The notes below the pieces were generated by a model. The model ran no database searches and was not told the DNA's origin. It saw only the letters and a list, made by a program, of their open reading frames with translations. From assembly GCA_963667665.2 (NCBI GenBank), contig OY763927.2:1440001-1504000 (forward strand): a DNA stretch of 64,000 bases, written 5' to 3'. The DNA is from Nitrosopumilus sp. (GTDB lineage: Archaea > Thermoproteota > Nitrososphaeria > Nitrososphaerales > Nitrosopumilaceae). A program made the position numbers and the translations under genes. Positions 20,201 through 32,168 of the stretch are shown one piece after another; the first letter of the stretch is position 1, and each line of letters starts with the position of its first letter.

Positions 20201-23200
20201 CAACTGCATCTGCAAATGTTAGTGATTCTGTAAGAGAGATTGAGAGAGTCTTTGTAATGTTATCATTGAAGGTTAGTGACTCTGTGAGTGAGACGGATGC
20301 TGTCTTGGCGATACTATCTACAAATGTTAGTGATTCTTCGAGTGAGACTGAGAGAGTCTTTGTAATACTATCTACAAATGTTAGTGATTCTTCTAGTGAG
20401 ACTGAGAGAGTCTTTGTAATACTGTCATTGAAAGTTAGAGTTTCAAATAAATTAATTGGGGTAGCGAGGTTAATTACATCATTAAATGATAATGACTCTG
20501 TCAAAGAAATTGAAGTGACGCTCTGAATCTCATCAGTAAAACCTAAAGTTTCAGATAATGCTGCATTAAAGACAGTAGCTGTATTCACATCTATCATAAA
20601 TCTCTGATTTCCAGCAGGATCCTTACCCCATATCACTTGAAGATCATCACCACCAGAATTAGATGACTTCATTGAAATTTTAATACCGAATGTTTTACCT
20701 GTGCTGATAGTACCACTTAGTTCGGATAGGTCTATGTTACCTCGAATTTCTTGAACATTAGTAATTTCTATAGTATCAAGTTCAGCATTTTCACTGACAG
20801 GACCTAAATTCATTTCAACTAGTGTAATATTGATATTTCCAGTAAATGCTGCAAAGTTTGCATTGATATCATTTCCAATTGCTTTAACAATAACTTCAGT
20901 ATCTACAGAATAACCAGTTGTACCATTATAGAATGTGATCATTTCTACTACTGAATTATCTCCAGGATCAGTAGTAACATCTGCAGTTGTTGTACAGCTA
21001 TTTTGAGTTTTTACCAATGGAACAACACTACCTGGAGAAAAACCTAATCCAAGACACACTACATTATCAGCAAATAATGTAGAATCAGTTATTGGGAATC
21101 CTTGTACGTCATCAGATAAGGAAAATGATTCTTCAGTAGTGATTTTGATTAATCCACCATTTGTTTTAACAATTATTGCATCACTCATTGATAGTGATTC
21201 TGTTAGAGGTTGAGTTGCATTCTTTGGAACACTAAGTGCATCTACAAATGATAGTAATTCTGAGAGACTCGTTGAAGCAGATTTGATAACTTCAATGGGT
21301 TCATCATTTAGTGATAAAGACTCAGACAATTTTACGCCTTTGATTAGAAGAGTTGTCAACTCATCAGAAAGTGTGAGTGTTTCTACTTGTACATCACCCA
21401 AAGTCAAACTTTGAACAGTAAGCCAGGTCTGGTCACCAATTATGGAAAGATCGGTATTTGATGTAGAGTGTCTAGTGCTTTGAATACTTAGTACATCTCC
21501 TGCATCCAATTCAATGTAACATTTGGATTCTTGTGAAGATTCATCAAATACTCCACTACTGCTTCCTCTAGTGTAAGCAGTACCAAAACATGCTTCCGCA
21601 TCTACACCATTAACTTGTAAGCTTGTCTTGAGAACTGTTCGAGCACTACTAGGAGTAGGATCTAGAGTCATTATACCATAAGAAACATGGTACAAACCTT
21701 CTCGGTTAACTGTAATGTCTGTTGCAGTTACTCCTGGAGTAAACGTAAAGTCACTATCAATTTCATCGCCAGTATCCCATTCTATATCAAGAGTAACATC
21801 CAAGTCTCGTCCACCTGCACCATCATGTAATCTTAGAATTTGAATACCAGATAATGCTCCAAGATATTCTATATCAAAATGATATCTGTTTGCATCTACT
21901 GTTGCAGCAGAGCTATCTTTTTGAAGTACTCCAAGTCTTACTGCATCGTCTGTAACTAATTCAAGAATGGTTGATGCTGAAACTGCACCAAAGTTTACTG
22001 AATCTGTGTCTCTTAGGTAGTCAGTATCACGACCATATTCGCTTGTAACAAAACTACCAGAACTGTTTGTCTGAAGAAGTCCTAGTGAATTATGTCTATT
22101 TGCTTGAGGTGTTGAAATATTGTCAAGCATTACACTGTATGTTACTCTATATGCACCATCCTTCTTGACTACAATTGAATCATCTGTATCCTTAAACTCA
22201 AATGTTGCAGAATCCATCTGTTCAATATTTGAACTAGTAAATGTCATGATGTGTGGCGTGGTTTGTGAATTGATTTGGATATTCGCATCAACAGTATTAC
22301 GCAAAATTGCTGTAGGATTTTTTACTTTTTGAATATGGAACCAGTTTTCATCTGTGTTAAATGATGGATTTGCAGTACCTGTAGCATCTGAAACCTTATC
22401 TAGTGCGATTCTAACTTCTCCATTTGCACCAAGAGGCATAAGACATTCACCAGATATTGCAAATTGGTCAATACCATTGGAATCTCTTGTCCAACCACTG
22501 CCATAACAAAAGTTTGTAGTGCCAAATCCTCCGGTACCATCAGTATCATTTTGAATAAATGAAACAAGTTTGTATCTTCTTTCTGTATCTTGGGTTATTG
22601 TTGCACCATAGTTGAGTCTATACATTCCTGCTTCACTTACTGATACAACATCACAAGAATCCTCACTGGTACATGGAGAAGTAGTATGACTAAATATTGA
22701 ATCTTGTCTGTCTGCAGGAGCATTCCATCCAAGTGTCATAAATCCACTTGACAAAAGCATGTTATCTTCAGTGTCTGTATTTGCACCACCAGTGAATAAC
22801 TGATTAGGAGTACCATGCATCAAAAATACATCAGGACCATTTACAACTCTAGCACTGTTATGTGCAAACATTGTATCATTTCCAAATTGGAACATGATAT
22901 GGTGTTTACCTGGTGTCATGACACGAGATAACTCAAATCCTTCCTCAGTACTAGTATAGTTACGATATATGATTGACTGACCATCAATTTCTGGATCAAG
23001 TGTATGTGTACCGTTGTTTAGCTCCAAGAATTTCAGATCATCAGGTAATGCATCACCAAATGTTGTTCCATTTGATGCAGTTATGATAAGATCTGCAGTA
23101 CCATTTGTGGTAAATCTTACCTTCCATGTACCACCAACAGTTGGATAGCTTTGAACGTTGATGATATTAATTTCTGCTTCAATCTCAAATTCTTGTTCAG

Positions 23201-26200
23201 ATAGTTGTGGAACAATCCATTGCATCTGGTCTGCAATTTCATTTCCGTTAGTATCTACAAATTCTACTGCAAAGCGTTCATCATTTGTAACATCAACTCT
23301 ACTTCCGTTGATATTCCAAAATAGACTAAATTCTACTCCTTTAGAAACAAGATTCTCTGGAAGGTTTGAGAATGCTGTTACATTAGTATAATGAAGTGCA
23401 GAGTCGTGTGTTACTGTTACTTTTTTGACATATTTTCCGTTAGTAGAATTATCTGTCTCTAGAGTATATGGGGCAGGAGTCATGAATGTTAATTCAAGGG
23501 TTTCAGCAGTTTCATTCAGTAAGAGAACCTTTAGTGGCATGTCTTCCTGTAACATCTCATCTACTTGCTGAAGAGATGCCATTGGAATAATCATTGAAAG
23601 TTTGTCTAGTTTGATGTCTAGTTTTTCTTCTAGTTTATCTAATTTGGAATCAAGTTTGTCTAGTTTTTTGTATGCCTTTGCAGTATCAAGATTTGCATAG
23701 TAAGCAATCTTGGAATTTGTTTCGTTAATTTGTGATTCTATTGTATCAACTGAATCAATTAATCTAAAGTATTCCTTTAGATATTTTTCTGAAATATCTT
23801 CATCATCATACAATCCATTAGATGTATCAGATATTTCTGCTGAATTATCCATTGATTCATAATCTTTTGAATCAAAGATTACAGTTTCAGTTGTTGCATT
23901 GATTAATTTAATTGAAAGAATTTCTGCATCTGCTGGAATTTCTATTGCAACTGAACCAGTGGCATTAGCAAATGTTACATTATGTGTCCAGATTACAGAT
24001 TTTCCAATTTCAATTGTATCATGTCCTAGTTGAATATCAGATAGAATATTACTTGTAGGTGTAGTGTAATTACTTGTTGTAATAGTTGTATTTAATGATA
24101 AGATTTCTGATAATGTAATATCAAAAATACCATTTAATGAAATGATTACATCATCCTCAAGATATAATGTTTCAATTAATGAAGTGTTATTTTGGTTGTT
24201 AGTTACATTACCATTAATTTTCAAATATATGGAATCATTTATTGAAAGTGATTCTGATAAATTACCAATATCATTTTGCATATCAGTAGAAATTACTGTT
24301 ACAATTACTACATCAGATAATACCATTACATCAACTGATGAATTCATTGTAGAACCATTTAGTTTGTATGAAACATAATCTGTAAATGAAAATGATTGGA
24401 ATACAGTTGGAGCATTTGATGTTGAATTAACTGAAGCTACAAGAATTGTTTCAGAAATAGTTGAATTGTTTAGTGTTATTGTAATATGATCAGTAAATGA
24501 AAGTAGTTGAGACTCAAATGGAATAGAAGATTCTAAACCAGAAGGATCTATCATTTCTAAGTAAATTTCATTAATTTGGGCTTGAGATAGTGCATCTTTG
24601 TAGATTAGAACATCTTCAACTGTGCCTGAAAAGTGGTTTGAGAGAGTTGCTGTACCTCTAAGAGTGTTAAGATATGTACCTATTATCAAATCAGAATCAC
24701 TTTCAGCTATTTCTGCAGATATTGGAGACATTTCTCCTTCTATGATAACAAATGTTTCAGGAAGTGTTGCTTGTGCTTCTAAATTACCATTTAGATACAA
24801 AGAAATTTCTGTTCCATTAATTACTGCAACAAGATGAGACCAATCAGTGATTTGTGTTTCACCAATAATTTTTGTCCAAGTAATTCCATCAAAGATTGCA
24901 AACGTTGGAACTTTTTCTGGTGAATAAATATTATTAATACCAAGAATAAATGAATTTTCTTTTGATACAACAGTAAATTCTGCTGAACCTGTTGTGTAAT
25001 CTGGATTTATCCAAGTAGATATTGTAAGTTTATCAAGTTCTTCATTTAATGATTCTTCTACAATTGGAATGTAACCTTGTGTATCATTAAATGTAATTAT
25101 AGTATCAGTTGAATTAGTTGTATCAATATTTGTTCCATTGATATTTGTTGAATTTGTAATTGTTTCTGGTAAAAGTACATCAATAATTATAATTTCTTTT
25201 TCTTCTTCAATGATTTGTGTTGTTGTATTATTGTATAATGACTCTATTATTGGTAATGTTTGTAAATAAATTTCTGTTACTTGTGCAGCAGTAAGATATA
25301 CATCAAAGATGTTAATCTCTTTTATTTCACCATAGAATTTTTTTGTTACTTCATCATCTGTTCTTTGAGTTTCAAGTGTTGCACCAATTACTACATCAGA
25401 TGGTGATGAAACATTATCAACTGTTTTTGGTTCAAGCTGTCCATCAAGATTAATTGAAATAGTTTCAATTGAATCATTAATGTTGGATATAGTTCCGTTT
25501 GTGTAAATTGAAAGTGTTGTACCATTAAATGTTGCAGCTATGTGAGACCAATCGTTACCAATTTGTGTAACAGTTTCTACTGCATGCCATTTGATTCCAT
25601 CAAATACAGCAAATTTGGCAATGTGTTGTGGTGTAATATTGTTGTTAATGGTTAATGCAAATGACTTTTCTTTTGATACAACAGTAAATTCTGCTGATCC
25701 ACCAGAATAATCAGGATTTACCCATACAGTGACTGAAATATTAGATATATCACTAGTAGAATTACCGTCATTTGAGACATATCCATCACCATCTAAAATG
25801 AGGCTAGAATCAGTCTCTTCGATATATACATCACCTATGAAGCGTGAGCCATTAACTTGGGTGTCAAATTGCCAGTATTCTGTGGCATTTGGTAATATTA
25901 CTGGAATATCTGTGCCTGTGGAGTTTGTTACTAAGTCATTAACAGATGTTTGAGAAGTTGTAGCCTCAGCAGTCTCTGTATCTTCAGCTGGTGTAGAAGA
26001 AGATGAGGTGTTATCTGCTGAGGCAGTTGAATTAGTAGAAGATGAAACTCCAGTAGACTCTGTATCTTCAACTGGTGTAGAAGAAGATGAGGCTGAATCT
26101 ACTGGAGTATCAGTGCTATCAGAAGTTGTAGCCTCAGCAGTCTCTGTATCTTCAGCTGGTGTAGAAGAAGATGAGGTGTTATCTGCTGAGGCAGTTGAAT

Positions 26201-27047
26201 TATCATCAAATACTGATGTATCAGCATAAGCCATAGGCCAATATGATGACGAAATAGAATAAGGTGTGATAACAGTTGTGGATAAAAGAATTAGAACAAA
26301 AACTAAAGAAAGTATTGGACGAATCTTTTCAATTTTAAATTTAACATCTTCTGCAAAAATAAACAAAAAGAAAACAAGTGGAGCAAAAATAATAACAACA
26401 AAATTAACATCAAGATCAAAAGAAGAATAAAAATTTAAAACAACGAAATTAAAAATAGTATCAAGTGACGGATCAACAAAGCCATCAATTGATTGTAAAA
26501 TATTTTCAAAATTATAATCAAAAACAGAATTGGAAATAATTGGTGGTAAATCAACAAAGAAAGTTGTTTGAGAAATAGGTGATTCAATTAAATTAAAATC
26601 ATCTGATGAATCTTGTTTATATGTATCATCAAGATAAAGAATTTCAGATTTTATATTCTTTTTTCTGTCTTTAACTTTATCAATTTGAGAAATTCTATCA
26701 AGAGTTGCTTGTGGTTGTTTCAAAAATGTGTTAAATTGAATTTGTTGTTCACTCAAAGATGTTTTAATATCTAATTTTTCAGAAAGTAAAACCAGTTTTT
26801 TAAAAGATTCAGATGTATAGCTAATACTACTATAATCTATAGAATCTTTTTTTGACGGTTGATTAGATACGATACCAATATTCTCATGAAGAGAGATTGA
26901 AATGATTCTAGTTTCATTTAGTGCAGAAGAATCATCTACAAAGTTTTGAGGTATTGGTGCATCTGTTTGTTGAAGATCAGAAAATCCTAACGGAATATTA
27001 GAAGCAACTAAAAATAAAATTAGGATAATAGTTAGAACAGATTTCAA
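17286..27047 (-). CDS. Giant secreted/surface protein (~3250 codons) with two LamG-like domains, three C1q-like domains and repeat blocks; in-frame TAG at 17886-17888
   Basis: Signal peptide; LamG-like WSHIAATFNG and WSHLVAVING; GMYRLNY/GAYRVTY/GLYHVSY units; ORF 17286-17771 is in the same frame and the 38 codons between are open (IVDG*VVSQRTQLFEPG...). Confidence 0.8.
18801..18906. repeat. 9-bp tandem repeat ACCACCAGT x11 plus partial, encoding a (GGT)n linker
   Basis: Perfect tandem copies read directly. Confidence 0.95.
19570..20565 (-). repeat. About 18 coding repeats of 16-19 aa, consensus (V/I)SLTESLTFxD
   Basis: Recurrent ACAAATGTTAGTGATTCT/GACTCT cores every ~48-57 bp; further degenerate copies near 21100-21400 and 24100-24520. 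Confidence 0.9.
25953..26202. repeat. 82-bp direct repeat (25953-26034 and 26121-26202) in Ser/Thr-rich linker
   Basis: Both copies encode NSTASADNTSSSSTPAEDTETAEATTS. Confidence 0.9.
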
Positions 27048-27523
27048 TCAAAAACTCCCCCAACACAAAAAGTTGCAAAAATTTCTTGGTGTAGAATTAA
27101 ATTTGCAAGAATTTGGTGTAGACCATGGTCTAGGGGATTGAATAAATTGATCACACTATCCGTAGAATAGTCTAAAGTATCCACCTCATCTTCTTCTACA
27201 CCAACAAAAAATGCTTCAGGAAAAACAATAAGGAGACTAAAAATGTATCACCATGATCGATTCCAGTATGGAAATTAGGTTAATTCATAGATCCATTTTG
27301 GAACTTTGATTTTTTATGAAAAAAGATGATTAAATTACATTTTTAGACAAAATATTTAAAAAAAATAATTCTAAAAAAAATTAGTATTGTTTTGTTAATT
27401 TATTTTAAAATTTTCTATATTGCATAAAGAAAAAATACTACATGTAAAAAAGATGAATAACAAATGATAATCAATTCTTTGTATGAAACAAAGTTGTTTG
27501 TATAAGATAAAATAATTTAATGT

Positions 27524-29452
27524 CTATAAAGAATTTTTATGAGAATCTCCATAGCTAACTTCTTTAATTTGACTTTGCCCAGCTGGAAGAACACGAACAA
27601 AATCATCAATGCTTATATTTTTTGTAATTTCTTCTTCTAATTTTAAAAATTCAATTCTAATTTTTTTAGCAGCATCTGCCATTTCTGCTCCATGTGGTTC
27701 AATAATTACATAACAAATAGAATTTTTTTTAATTGTTTCAGTAGGACCGGATGTTAAAACATAATTATCATCTTGTGGAATAATTCCCACAGCTAATCTA
27801 AGAGTTTCTGATTTAATAAAATTTCTTTGTCCTTCAATTGAAAATGATCCTTTTGGTAAAAATTCTCCACTCGGTGCTGATTTTTTTACTTGTTCATGAT
27901 TTACCCAATATGCACTTACTCCATACATTCCTTCTCTCCAAGCTCTACTAAAACAAACAGTTGCATGTGCAACTTCATTCATACTTAGTGTTGATGCATT
28001 TTCTGCATTTTTTAAAATAAAAAATGGTGAGCCAAAAATATCTCCATGAAAGACTTTATCATTTTTTGCAAGATGTTTTCGTATAACTGCAGAGTTTGAT
28101 GCAACATCACGTCCTCCAATTGCAAGGAATCCATCAGATGTAAAAAACCATCTGTAACGTTCGTACCAACTTTTCTTTCGTATCTCTGAAATTACAATGG
28201 AATTTCTTTCAGTTTCTGTTTGACTCTGTAATTTTTCAAGTTTCTTTGCTGTTTTAGTTTTAATTTCCTCTATTGATTTTATTGCAGCAAACTGTCGTTT
28301 AGCTTCATTGAACAACATTGATGCAATTGATTGTAATGGTGAAGTTGGTTTTATCTTAATTTTTTCGTCTTGAATTACTAATAATGAAATTCCTTTTTCT
28401 GTAGTAAGTTTAGCATTATTTTTAGCAAGAAGTTTCTGTGCACTTGAATCTTCAATAGAAATAATTCCTTGAGAAACCATTTCAAAAAGGGAATTTGCTA
28501 CTTTAGTTATGTATTCTGATTTTTCTTTAACTATTTGAATTGCTTTTTCTTGTTCACTTAATTGACTTTCAAGTTGCTGAATTTTTTTGTTTGAGTTACT
28601 AAACTGAATTGATTTACCCTGTTCAACAATACTTTCTGTAAACACTTTATCTAGTCCTTCCATAAACCCAGGAACAGAAGTACATGTCTCGTCACTTTCC
28701 ATTAATCTAACTGGCAAGATTTCAGCTTTATCTCCATGGATAATTACACTATCATGTTTTCCAGTTGTTACATTTGTAACAATTTCTTTTGTTGTTTCAT
28801 AGATTTCTTTGACTTGTTCATGACTTAGAGTATTTCCTATCTGTTTAGAATCAAGTTCAGCAATTTTAAAAATTCCTTCAACATATTTTTTTGGTAGACC
28901 TAAGGTTCTTCCTAACCATTTTCCAGAAGTAATATCTGATGTTTTTAATTGTTCAAAATCAGATTCAGAAATATTAAAAATATCAAGACCATTTTGTGGA
29001 GGAGTTGTATATTCTAACCCTACACCTAGTTTTCTATGTCTAACATCAATTGAATGCTGTAAAGCAAGAATTTTCATATCTTTGTTACAGATGAGAATGT
29101 TTCCATCACCAAAAAATTCCCCTACAATTACAAATTCCTTCCCAAATCCTTCAAATGTAAAATAAGCAATTCTTTCTGAACCAATTTGTTCTACCTTTTT
29201 TAATTTCAATCTAAGCATATCACTTCTTAATCTCTTAAGCAATCTGTTTGGCTCCATTTGATCTATTTTGACTGAAGTCAACCAAACACCAGATGTTGAA
29301 ATCATCATAAACAGATCAGATTTTTCAGTATGATGAAGTTTGAAAAGTATACTGTCTTTAGTAATTCCATAGATATTACTTACATAGTAATCTTGAACTT
29401 GTTCAGTAATTTGATTAACTAGATATCTTAATTCTATTCCAGCTAGGGCCAT
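27524..29452 (-). CDS. rqcH: Rqc2/NEMF homologue (NFACT family, ribosome quality control)
   Basis: NFACT-N (ERI..F, EFFGDGNI), coiled coil, NFACT-R (WYERYRWF..SDG.LAIGGRD), KSAPSGEFLPKGSF.I.G.RNF. Confidence 0.9.
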   Translation of the reverse strand: MALAGIELRYLVNQITEQVQDYYVSNIYGITKDSILFKLHHTEKSDLFMMISTSGVWLTSVKIDQMEPNRLLKRLRSDMLRLKLKKVEQIGSERIAYFTFEGFGKEFVIVGEFFGDGNILICNKDMKILALQHSIDVRHRKLGVGLEYTTPPQNGLDIFNISESDFEQLKTSDITSGKWLGRTLGLPKKYVEGIFKIAELDSKQIGNTLSHEQVKEIYETTKEIVTNVTTGKHDSVIIHGDKAEILPVRLMESDETCTSVPGFMEGLDKVFTESIVEQGKSIQFSNSNKKIQQLESQLSEQEKAIQIVKEKSEYITKVANSLFEMVSQGIISIEDSSAQKLLAKNNAKLTTEKGISLLVIQDEKIKIKPTSPLQSIASMLFNEAKRQFAAIKSIEEIKTKTAKKLEKLQSQTETERNSIVISEIRKKSWYERYRWFFTSDGFLAIGGRDVASNSAVIRKHLAKNDKVFHGDIFGSPFFILKNAENASTLSMNEVAHATVCFSRAWREGMYGVSAYWVNHEQVKKSAPSGEFLPKGSFSIEGQRNFIKSETLRLAVGIIPQDDNYVLTSGPTETIKKNSICYVIIEPHGAEMADAAKKIRIEFLKLEEEITKNISIDDFVRVLPAGQSQIKEVSYGDSHKNSL

Positions 29453-29555
29453 AAACATCAACTAAGAGTCGGAAATTATACTCTTACTATCAGATACGTG
29501 CACAAGATACCAAAGATATTAAACATGGTTTGATGGAGTCACGCTAGAAATTTAT

Positions 29556-30041
29556 TTGGCAAAATTCAAAAAGAAAAAATCACAACCGACAAAAGGAACA
29601 GATGACTCTAAAAAAGAATTATCTAAAGAAGAAACAAGTGATATTCCGGAAATTGAAAGTAAAACTTCTCCGGAAGCCCCTTCAGTAGAACCAGTAATAA
29701 ACGAAGCTGAACGAGATGAAAAAGATAGAAAATTAAATAAATTATTTTGGATGCGAGTGACATTAGCTATAATTGCAGGTACTGCAGCTACTTTCATCTT
29801 TGAAGATATTGAAGGTGAGGAGAGAAGATGGTCTTCAATTGGTTTTATGATAATTTTATTTTTTGTTACAATAATGGTTGCAAAAGAAATGAAAATGCAG
29901 TTACCACGTTCCGATAGAAAAAAACTTGTGACACAAGGTATAGGCAGTTATATTTTCATGTATTTGTTCACATGGATTCTAACTTATACACTTGTTAATG
30001 CAGGAAGTATATCAAGTGGAATTCCTTCACCAATTTCTTGA
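29556..30041 (+). CDS. Three-TM membrane protein, EMC6-like
   Basis: W.RV.LAIIAG..A, then G.GSYIF.YLFTWIL.YTL, a pattern typical of the EMC6/Rab5ip family. Confidence 0.6.
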   Translation: MAKFKKKKSQPTKGTDDSKKELSKEETSDIPEIESKTSPEAPSVEPVINEAERDEKDRKLNKLFWMRVTLAIIAGTAATFIFEDIEGEERRWSSIGFMIILFFVTIMVAKEMKMQLPRSDRKKLVTQGIGSYIFMYLFTWILTYTLVNAGSISSGIPSPIS

Positions 30042-30061
30042 TCTACAAGGAAGAATAGATA

Positions 30062-30652
30062 ATGTGGAATTTTAAAACTCCCGGAATTCCTGATGAACTC
30101 TTTGAACGTACAGAGAAAGTTCCAATTACTAAAGAAGAAGTAAGAGTTATTCAAATTAGTAAAGCAAGATTACGTCCTGGACAATTGGTTTATGATGTAG
30201 GTTGTGGGAGTGGTTCAATCTCAGTAGAAGCAGCTATTCAAGTTGAATCAACTGGAAAAGTTCTGGCAATAGATTATGATGAAAATGCTATTGAATTAAC
30301 AAAAAAGAATGTTGAAAAATTTGGACTTTCAAATGTTTCATTAGTTCATGGAAACGCAAAAGAGAAAATTACTACACTAGAACCAGCTGATGCAATATTT
30401 GTTGGCGGTACAGGTAAAGACACTGCTGAAATTGTTGAATTATGTCAAGACAAGTTAAAGTCTGGGGGAAGAATTGTGATTGGAACAATATTGATTGAAA
30501 CTCTTTATACTATTTTACAAATACTAGAAAAATTACAATTTGATTCTGTGGATATTACTCAAGTTACAATCTCAAAGAGTAGAAAGACAAGCACAGGAAC
30601 TATGATGCTTGCTAGAAACCCTGTAACAATAATTTCTGCAACTAAATCTTAA
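30062..30652 (+). CDS. cbiT: Cobalt-precorrin-6B C15-methyltransferase (decarboxylating)
   Basis: GIPD..F, PITKEEVR, DVGCGSGS, ARNPV. Confidence 0.93.
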   Translation: MWNFKTPGIPDELFERTEKVPITKEEVRVIQISKARLRPGQLVYDVGCGSGSISVEAAIQVESTGKVLAIDYDENAIELTKKNVEKFGLSNVSLVHGNAKEKITTLEPADAIFVGGTGKDTAEIVELCQDKLKSGGRIVIGTILIETLYTILQILEKLQFDSVDITQVTISKSRKTSTGTMMLARNPVTIISATKS

Positions 30653-30688
30653 TCTAGCTTTTAATTGGGAACATAAACCAGAATCTGT

Positions 30689-31411
30689 ATGACAAGTTTA
30701 GTTGGAATTGGAGTAGGTCCTGGTGATCCTGAATTACTTACGGTAAAAGCAGTAAAAGCTATTCACAATGCAGATATTATCATGTGTCCAGCCTCAAATG
30801 AAGATAGACTTAGTATTGCATTATCTGTAGTATCATCGATAATTGATAAATCTAAAAATCAAAAAATTATAAAATTAATTTTTCCAATGACTAAAGACAA
30901 AGATGTTCTTGAGCAAACGTGGAAAAGAAATGCAAAGATAATGGCCGAAACAGTTTTGTCAGGAAAAAATGTTGTATATCTTACTGTTGGTGATCCATTT
31001 CTTTATAGTACTTGGATATACATGCATAAAGATCTTAAAGAAAATTATCCTGACATGAACATTAGTGTCATTCCAGGAATTGTTTCAATTTTTACATTTG
31101 CATCAAAGGTTGGTGTTAGTGTTGCTGAAGGTGCAGAAAAAGTTGCTATAATTCCATCCTGTTATGATTTATCTAGTGTAAAAGAAATTGCAAAACATTC
31201 TGAATCTATGATATTTCTTAAAGATGGAAGATATTTTGATCAAGTAATTAAAGTTCTAAAAGAATCTGGATTTCCTGATGACTCTATATTTGCAATTGGA
31301 CAGGATCTTGGAACCGAAAATGAAATTATTCGAAAAATGACTTTAGGTGAAGTAAATGATGGAACCTTAACTACAAAATATTTTTCAATATTGGTGGTAA
31401 AGCGTGTCTAA
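30689..31411 (+). CDS. cbiL: Cobalt-precorrin-2 C20-methyltransferase
   Basis: GVGPGDPELLTVKA, FPMTKD, GDPFLYST. Confidence 0.92.
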   Translation: MTSLVGIGVGPGDPELLTVKAVKAIHNADIIMCPASNEDRLSIALSVVSSIIDKSKNQKIIKLIFPMTKDKDVLEQTWKRNAKIMAETVLSGKNVVYLTVGDPFLYSTWIYMHKDLKENYPDMNISVIPGIVSIFTFASKVGVSVAEGAEKVAIIPSCYDLSSVKEIAKHSESMIFLKDGRYFDQVIKVLKESGFPDDSIFAIGQDLGTENEIIRKMTLGEVNDGTLTTKYFSILVVKRV

Positions 31412-32168
31412 AGTTTTTTTTGTTGGATGCGGTCCTGGTGATCCTGAATTAATTACAATCAAAGCTAAAAAATTAATTCAGAAAGCTGATGTTATAGTTT
31501 ATTCTGGTTCTTTAATTCCAGAACAAATTCTAAAATTTTGTAAAAAAGGAAAATTATATGATGCATCAAAGTTGGTTAGAGAAGAAATTTTCGATCTACT
31601 TTACAAAAATGCAAAAAAAAACAAAGCGGTTGTAAGATTACATGATGGTGATCCATCAATTTATGGAGCAATCAAAGAACAAATTGATAATTTAGAAAAA
31701 AAAGGAATTGAATCTACTGTTGTTCCAGGGGTTACTGCATTTTTAGCCTCAGCTGCAGCACTAGGAACTCAACTAACACTTCCAGGAGTTACTCAAACAA
31801 TTATTGTAACAAGAGCAGAATCAAGAACTAAAGTTCCAAAACGAGAAAAAATTTCAGAGCTTGCAAAACATAAAGCAACTTTAATTTTTTATCTTAGTGT
31901 ACATCTTGTTTCTAATTTAGTGAAAGAAGCAATTGCAGGTGGTTACAAAAAAACTACACCAGTAGCTGTAGTGTATAGAGCAAGTTGGAATGATCAAAAA
32001 ATAATCAAAGGAACACTTGAGAATATTGCAAAGAAAGTTAAAGATGATAAGATTACAAGGACCGCAATTGTAATTATTAGTGATGTAATAGATCCTAAAA
32101 CATATGAATATTCAAAACTATATGATAAAAAATTTAGTCATGGTTATAGAAAAGCCAAAGTCAAATAG
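31404..32168 (+). CDS. cbiF: Cobalt-precorrin-4 C11-methyltransferase
   Basis: GCGPGDPELIT, RLHDGDPSIYGA..EQ, SKLYD..FSHGYR. Confidence 0.95.
   Translation: MSKVFFVGCGPGDPELITIKAKKLIQKADVIVYSGSLIPEQILKFCKKGKLYDASKLVREEIFDLLYKNAKKNKAVVRLHDGDPSIYGAIKEQIDNLEKKGIESTVVPGVTAFLASAAALGTQLTLPGVTQTIIVTRAESRTKVPKREKISELAKHKATLIFYLSVHLVSNLVKEAIAGGYKKTTPVAVVYRASWNDQKIIKGTLENIAKKVKDDKITRTAIVIISDVIDPKTYEYSKLYDKKFSHGYRKAKVK

Noticed and set aside
18724-20526. Plus-strand and alternate-frame ORFs (PPV, HQY, VVL repeats; 19768-20526)
   Set aside because: Shadows of repeat tracts in the giant minus-strand gene
19570-20565. Regularly spaced repeats as CRISPR or DGR template/variable repeats
   Set aside because: They are codon-phased protein repeats; differences are not adenine-specific and no reverse transcriptase is in the window
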